Shown: positions 58,407 to 64,000 of the stretch, piece after piece
Numbering within the stretch: the first letter of the stretch is position 1
Layout of the letters: the number at the start of each line of letters is the position of its first letter
Assembly (NCBI GenBank): GCA_038230375.1
Contig: JBBRNJ010000003.1
Span: forward strand, 96,001-160,000
Reading direction: 5' to 3'
DNA: 64,000 nt
Origin: Polyangiales bacterium
Lineage (GTDB): Bacteria > Myxococcota_A > Polyangia > Polyangiales > Polyangiaceae
Translations under genes and position numbers: made by a program
The notes under the pieces: generated by a model
Databases searched by the model: none
Seen by the model: the letters and a program-made list of their open reading frames with translations, nothing else
What the model was told of the DNA's origin: nothing

Positions 58407-59522
58407 CTACCTGCATGGCAGCGCGGAGCCTGCGGCGCTGCCGAGGATGCAGCTCATGGAGCCCGATATCGAGCCGGAGCCGCTACCAAACGAGCAGCCG
58501 TTCAAGACGGTGGAGCCGCAATACGGATCGACGCCCACGCCACCGCGTATCGCCTTCGCGGGTCCGTACCCCTTGAGGTCGCAAGCGAGGTTGCAGCTCG
58601 TGACGTGAGCGTAGCCCGCTTGCTCGCTCTCGGTTCCGTCGCAGTCGTAGTCGAAAGACGTGCTGCCGCTCGCGTTCGTGTATCCCTTGCCGGAATAGGC
58701 CGTCTGGCCCGGATGCACGTTCGGATCGGTATCCAGACAGTCACCACCAACCTTCGTGAAGCCCTGGGGCGCCGCGCATGCGAACTTGGCGTTGGCCGTC
58801 ACGCCGTAGCCGTCGCCATCGACATCCTCGTAGAAGGCAACGAGCGGTTCGCAGCCGTTGGCCGGGTTGCCGTCGCAGTCGCCGAACCCGGCGCGACACT
58901 GGATGCCGCACTTGGCGCCCGCGCACGCGGGGTCCGCGTTGGCGCCGCCCGAGCAACCCACGTTGCAGCCGCCGCAGTTGTGCGTGCTGGTCTGCAGGTC
59001 GGCACACGAGCCGCTGCACGGGTTGGTTCCTATCGGACACGAGACGGTGCAGCCGCCGGGCGCGCAGAACGGTGCGGCGTCACCGCAGGCGACGTCGCAG
59101 CTGCCGCAGGTCTTCGGGTTCAGGATGTCGGACTCGCATCCGTTCGATGGATCGAAGTCGCAGTTCGCGGTGCCGGGCATGCAGCCCTTGAAATTGCATC
59201 GATCGACGCTGTCACAGATGGTGGTGGCGACGTTGGGGATCGAGCAAGCCGCGCAGCTGGATGCGTCGCCGCAGCCGACCATCGGGCTGGATGCGGCGAC
59301 ACATGTGCCGGCGCAGTTCTTCTGTCCGCTCGGGCATGCGTCGTTGCTCGCGTCGGGAACAATCGTGGACGCGTCGGCGACGACGACCACGGTATCGGGT
59401 GCAGCGTCACTGCCGCCATCCGCGAGGATGCTGTCCGAGTCCACGCCGAGCAGCGTCGCGCACCCGAAGAGCGCCACGGGCGTGACGGACACTGCGCCTG
59501 CGAGAAGGATGCGGCGCCTCAT
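58407..59522 (-). CDS. Cys-rich lipoprotein (Stig1-like repeats + MopE-like metal-binding motif)
   Basis: Lipobox FGC; C.D......NCG.C...C repeats; DCDGNPANGCE; FYEDVDGDGYG...DCLD.D..VHPG. Confidence 0.78.
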   Translation of the reverse strand: MRRRILLAGAVSVTPVALFGCATLLGVDSDSILADGGSDAAPDTVVVVADASTIVPDASNDACPSGQKNCAGTCVAASSPMVGCGDASSCAACSIPNVATTICDSVDRCNFKGCMPGTANCDFDPSNGCESDILNPKTCGSCDVACGDAAPFCAPGGCTVSCPIGTNPCSGSCADLQTSTHNCGGCNVGCSGGANADPACAGAKCGIQCRAGFGDCDGNPANGCEPLVAFYEDVDGDGYGVTANAKFACAAPQGFTKVGGDCLDTDPNVHPGQTAYSGKGYTNASGSTSFDYDCDGTESEQAGYAHVTSCNLACDLKGYGPAKAIRGGVGVDPYCGSTVLNGCSFGSGSGSISGSMSCILGSAAGSALPCR

Positions 59523-61081
59523 TTCCGATCACCGAAGCCATTCGGATCGGACGGTGGAGTCGCTGCGACTGGCGGCGGCGTCGGTGGGGCCTCCACGCTG
59601 GCCGGTCCCTTCACCGCTGCGGCTGTCGCCGGCGGCCCCTTCGCGCCAGCGCGCGGAGCCAGTGCGACAGCTACATGAGGCTGGGAGGACGCGGTGGGGG
59701 ACGCGGGGGACGCGGCGCCCAATGCGACTGGCGACACTGGGGTAGCGGTGGCCGGAACAGGAAGCGGTGCAAGCACAGGCGCATGTGTGGTCTCTGCAAT
59801 CACGGCTTGCGTGGCATCCGATGCGGCGGTTGCGTTCGCGGACTTGTCCTTCGCGGCTGTCACCCTCGCCAGCGCAGGCATCACGCGCGGCCCCACCACG
59901 AAACCCACCGCGCCCAGCACGAGGAGCGCGCCTGCCGCGACGAGTAGCGCCGGCCCGCGTGACCTTGGCAAGCCAGCGTTGCGGCGTGCGGCCTCCGTCG
60001 ATGCAACGGACGCGGCCATGGTGGACATTTCGTGCCCGCCCATCGGCACGGGGACATCGACCGACGTCTCGCCCTCGGCCCTGGTCGCCAGCGGTGGCAC
60101 CGAGCCGGAGCGACCGTTCACCTGCATGCTGATGATGCGATCGATCGACACGCGCGCCCTGGGCGGCGCAAACGGCTCTAGCGCCCGCGCCAGCTCGGCG
60201 ACGTTCGCGAAGCGCGCCCACGTCTCCTTCTGCAGGCAATGGAGGATCACCTCCTCGAGCCTCTCCGGCGCGGTCGGCAACAGGGAGCGAAGCGGGCGCG
60301 GCGAACCAACGAGGATCGCGACGCAGAGCTCGGGCGTGGTGGGTGCGTCGAACGCGTGCTCCCCCGTGAGCAGCCTGTGGAGCACGACACCGAGCGACCA
60401 GATGTCGGCGCGCTGGTCCACGTCGCGGGCGCTGCGCAGCTGCTCGGGCGGCATGTAATGCGGCGAGCCCATCATCATCGCCGTCTTCGTGAGCGGGTCG
60501 CTCCCGGTGGCGATGTCCACGCTGTCCACCATCTTGGAGATGCCGAAGTCCAGGACCTTCACGAGCGCCGAGCCATCGGGCCGCTTCGTGAGGAACAGGT
60601 TCGCGGGCTTCAGATCACGATGGATGATGCCCAGCGCATGGGCCTCGGCGATCGCCTCGCATGCCTGGAGCACGTACTCCACGGCGAGCGGGATGGGGAG
60701 CGGCCCGTTCGCCTTCTGCAGCTCGGACAGGTCGGAGCCATGGAGGAACTCCATGACGATGAACGGCACCTGATCCGCGCCGTGGCGACCGACGTCGATC
60801 ACGCGTGCCACGTGCTCGCTCTTCAGCTTGGCGGACGCGCGGGCCTCTCTCAAGAACCGTGCGACCAGCTCCGCGTCGTCGAGGGATTCCTTGCGGAGCG
60901 CCTTGATCGCAACGCGTTGATCCAGGTCGACGTGGCGCCCACCCAGGATGACGCCCATGCCGCCCGCGCCCAGCACCTGATCGATGCGGTACTTCCCGGC
61001 GAGCACGTTGCCGGGCGCGAACTCGGCGCTTGGCAGCTTTGCCTGCTTGTCCGGCTTGGGGCTGGAGGAGGACTGGGTCAT
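59519..61081 (-). CDS. Membrane Ser/Thr protein kinase (Hanks type)
   Basis: LGAGGMG, VAIK, HRDLKPANLF, DFGISK, GSPHYMPPEQ and DIWSLG; one TM; Pro/Ala-rich tail. Confidence 0.95.
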   Translation of the reverse strand: MTQSSSSPKPDKQAKLPSAEFAPGNVLAGKYRIDQVLGAGGMGVILGGRHVDLDQRVAIKALRKESLDDAELVARFLREARASAKLKSEHVARVIDVGRHGADQVPFIVMEFLHGSDLSELQKANGPLPIPLAVEYVLQACEAIAEAHALGIIHRDLKPANLFLTKRPDGSALVKVLDFGISKMVDSVDIATGSDPLTKTAMMMGSPHYMPPEQLRSARDVDQRADIWSLGVVLHRLLTGEHAFDAPTTPELCVAILVGSPRPLRSLLPTAPERLEEVILHCLQKETWARFANVAELARALEPFAPPRARVSIDRIISMQVNGRSGSVPPLATRAEGETSVDVPVPMGGHEMSTMAASVASTEAARRNAGLPRSRGPALLVAAGALLVLGAVGFVVGPRVMPALARVTAAKDKSANATAASDATQAVIAETTHAPVLAPLPVPATATPVSPVALGAASPASPTASSQPHVAVALAPRAGAKGPPATAAAVKGPASVEAPPTPPPVAATPPSDPNGFGDRK

Positions 61082-61219
61082 GTCGGGCGACGGCCACAAG
61101 AATGGCAGCATCCCAAACGTACCATCGTTCCCGGGCGCAACAGCCCGAATTTCGGCTGTCGGTCTGGTGTGCCGCGTGCTGGACGTGTTGCGCCGTGTTG
61201 CGCGTGCGCGCGTGCCCCT

Positions 61220-61753
61220 TCAGCGGATGAACGAGGAGCCCACCATGAGCACGAACACCACGAAGAACAGCGCCACGCCGCCGCCGATCTTCGCGGCTTT
61301 TCGCGTGGAGATCGCGGACTGGTGGCCCGGCGGGAAATGCATGATCGGGATCTCGCCGTGGTGCATACAGTAGTACTTGGTGGTGAAGGCGGAGACGATC
61401 AGCCATCCCACCAGACCGCCCGCGATGCGTGCCGCCTGTCCGCCGCCGCCGGCGTTCGACGCGGTTGGCGTCCCGCAGTGCGGGCACGGGAGCTTCCCGA
61501 ACAAGCCAACGTTCGCGACCGGCGGTCCCGACATCACATGCGGCGCGGCCTGCCCGTAGCCCTGCATCGCACCAAAGCCACCGGGCGGTGGCGGTTGCCC
61601 GTACGGCTGCTGCGGCTGCCCATATGGCTGCTGCGGTTGCCCGTATGGCTGCTGCGGTTGCCCGTATGGCTGCTGCGGCTGCCCGTATGGCTGCTGCGGC
61701 TGCCCGTACGGTGGTGGGTTACGTGGGTCGCCGGGAGGGAAGCCGCCTTGCAT
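61220..61753 (-). CDS. Membrane protein with PYGQPQQ repeats and CPHC motif
   Basis: Low-complexity N-terminus, CPHCG, C..HGE and two hydrophobic segments. Confidence 0.65.
   Translation of the reverse strand: MQGGFPPGDPRNPPPYGQPQQPYGQPQQPYGQPQQPYGQPQQPYGQPQQPYGQPPPPGGFGAMQGYGQAAPHVMSGPPVANVGLFGKLPCPHCGTPTASNAGGGGQAARIAGGLVGWLIVSAFTTKYYCMHHGEIPIMHFPPGHQSAISTRKAAKIGGGVALFFVVFVLMVGSSFIR
61592..61711 (-). repeat. 21-bp coding tandem repeat (PYGQPQQ x5 + partial)
   Basis: CCRTAYGGGCARCCGCAGCAG units on the minus strand. Confidence 0.9.
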
Positions 61754-61762
61754 CCATGGAGC

Positions 61763-62455
<693 letters not shown>

Positions 62456-62514
62456 CGCATTACCACAACGGGGGCCCTTGGCGCACGTGCGCGAACGTTG
62501 GTAGAAGAGCACGC

Positions 62515-64000
62515 ATGTCCTTCGCGTTCCCCGGTGACCGTCCGATCACGCGCGAGCTCCTCGCCGAGCACAAGGTGTCCCCTGACGAGTACGAGCGCGC
62601 GAAGGCTGCGCTCGGGCGGGAGCCCACCTACACGGAGCTCGGCGTCATCAGCGTCATGTGGAGCGAGCACTGCTCCTACAAGTCATCGCGCGTGCATCTG
62701 AAGCGCCTGCCCACGAAGGGCCCGAAGGTCGTCGTCGGCCCAGGCGAGAACGCTGGCGCCGTTGACATAGGCGACGGCTACTGCGCGGTCTTCAAGATGG
62801 AGTCGCACAATCACCCGAGCTACATCGAGCCGCACCAGGGAGCCGCCACCGGCGTGGGCGGCATCCTGCGCGACGTGTTCACGATGGGCGCGCGACCAAT
62901 CGCCAGCTTGAACAGCCTTCGCTTCGGAAAGCCTTCACACCCGAAGACGGCGGATCTGGTGCGCGGCGTGTCCGCGGGCATTGGCGGCTACGGCAACGCG
63001 ATCGGCGTTCCCACCGTGGGCGGCGAGACCCAGTTCGACGAGGCATACGACGGCAACATCCTCGTCAACGCGTTCACGTGTGGTGTCGCCCGGAAGGACG
63101 GCCTCTTCTTCGGCCGCGCGACCGGCACCGGCAATCCCATCCTCTACATCGGCGCAAAGACCGGGCGCGATGGTATCCACGGCGCGACCATGGCGTCCGA
63201 CGAGTTCGGAGGGGCAAAAGAAGCGCAAGCAGGGCAAGCCGAGCTGGGGACCGCGGCCTCGATCAGGAAGGGCGAGCGCTCCACCATCCAGGTCGGCGAT
63301 CCGTTCCTGGGCAAGCTGCTGCTGGAGGCCTGCCTCGAGCTCTTCACGAACGACGCGCTGGAAGGGATCCAGGACATGGGCGCCGCGGGCCTCACGTCGT
63401 CGTCGGTGGAGATGGCGGGGCGTGCGGGCTCCGGTGTGGAGATCGATCTCGACCTGGTGCCACGTCGCGCGAAGAAGATGATGCCGTACGAGATCCTCCT
63501 CAGCGAGTCGCAAGAGCGCATGCTGCTGGTGGCGAAGAAGGGTCGAGAGCAAGAGGTGCTTGACGTGTGCACGCGCTGGGAGCTCGACGCGGCGGTCATC
63601 GGTCATGTGACCGACACGGGGCGATGGGTCGTCAAGGCCACGCCCGACTATTGCCCGCTGGCCGACGTGCCCCTCGCGCGCGCGAGCGTGGTCGTGTGCG
63701 ATCTTCCCACCGACGCGCTCACGGACAAGGCGCCGCAATACGATCGTCCACGCGCTCCGTTCAAGACGCGCGCGACGCAGAGCTTCGACAAGGTGGTCAC
63801 GGATCACCGCGCCACGCTGCTGTCACTCCTCGCGTCCGCGAACATCGGCGACAAGGGCGGCATCTTCCGCCAGTACGATCAGATCGTGCGCGGTGGGACG
63901 CTGGTTCGCCCGGGTGGTGACGCTGCAGTGGTGCGCGTGCCGTACGACGCGCCGCGTACGGACGCGTATGTGAAGGATCCGTTCAAGTACCTGGCATTCG
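62515..64000 (+). CDS. purL: Phosphoribosylformylglycinamidine synthase subunit PurL (3' truncated by the window edge; absent from the ORF track)
   Basis: My translation from ATG 62515 gives [68 protein letters not shown] and LSESQERM. Confidence 0.96.
   Translation, partial: MSFAFPGDRPITRELLAEHKVSPDEYERAKAALGREPTYTELGVISVMWSEHCSYKSSRVHLKRLPTKGPKVVVGPGENAGAVDIGDGYCAVFKMESHNHPSYIEPHQGAATGVGGILRDVFTMGARPIASLNSLRFGKPSHPKTADLVRGVSAGIGGYGNAIGVPTVGGETQFDEAYDGNILVNAFTCGVARKDGLFFGRATGTGNPILYIGAKTGRDGIHGATMASDEFGGAKEAQAGQAELGTAASIRKGERSTIQVGDPFLGKLLLEACLELFTNDALEGIQDMGAAGLTSSSVEMAGRAGSGVEIDLDLVPRRAKKMMPYEILLSESQERMLLVAKKGREQEVLDVCTRWELDAAVIGHVTDTGRWVVKATPDYCPLADVPLARASVVVCDLPTDALTDKAPQYDRPRAPFKTRATQSFDKVVTDHRATLLSLLASANIGDKGGIFRQYDQIVRGGTLVRPGGDAAVVRVPYDAPRTDAYVKDPFKYLAF

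Overview
High-GC (roughly 67-69% by eye) bacterial DNA. It carries the hallmarks of a myxobacterium, probably Polyangiaceae/Sorangiineae-like (inferred): a Ser/Thr kinase-lipoprotein-TPR module, a PEGA protein, an AgmX/PglI-type TonB-C protein and many Cys-rich lipoproteins. About 60 CDSs were called, including housekeeping genes (malic enzyme, pap/PPK2, mrp/apbC, E2 acyltransferase, rsmB, rseP, purQ, purL). I saw no rRNA, tRNA, CRISPR array or transposase. Main highlights: (1) a compact flagellar-filament cluster at 8.6-15.6 kb (GH73 muramidase, pseB, sigma28-like promoter, two minimal flagellins, fliD, fliS, methyltransferase-TPR) in a lineage whose cultured members glide and are considered non-flagellated; (2) five degenerate 6-bp tandem-repeat tracts with CG every 6 bp, whose neighbouring genes show a steep, strand-polarised gain of T/A at synonymous sites fading over about 250-300 bp, suggestive of repeat-centred local mutagenesis; (3) second-messenger fusions (MshEN-WbaP and cNMP-PilZ); (4) a glycosyltransferase embedded in a kinase operon, an ECF/ZAS/bactofilin-like operon, divergent purQ/purL, a GNAT pseudogene and a low-GC beta-propeller lipoprotein islet. 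Start codons were picked by eye and all counts are manual.
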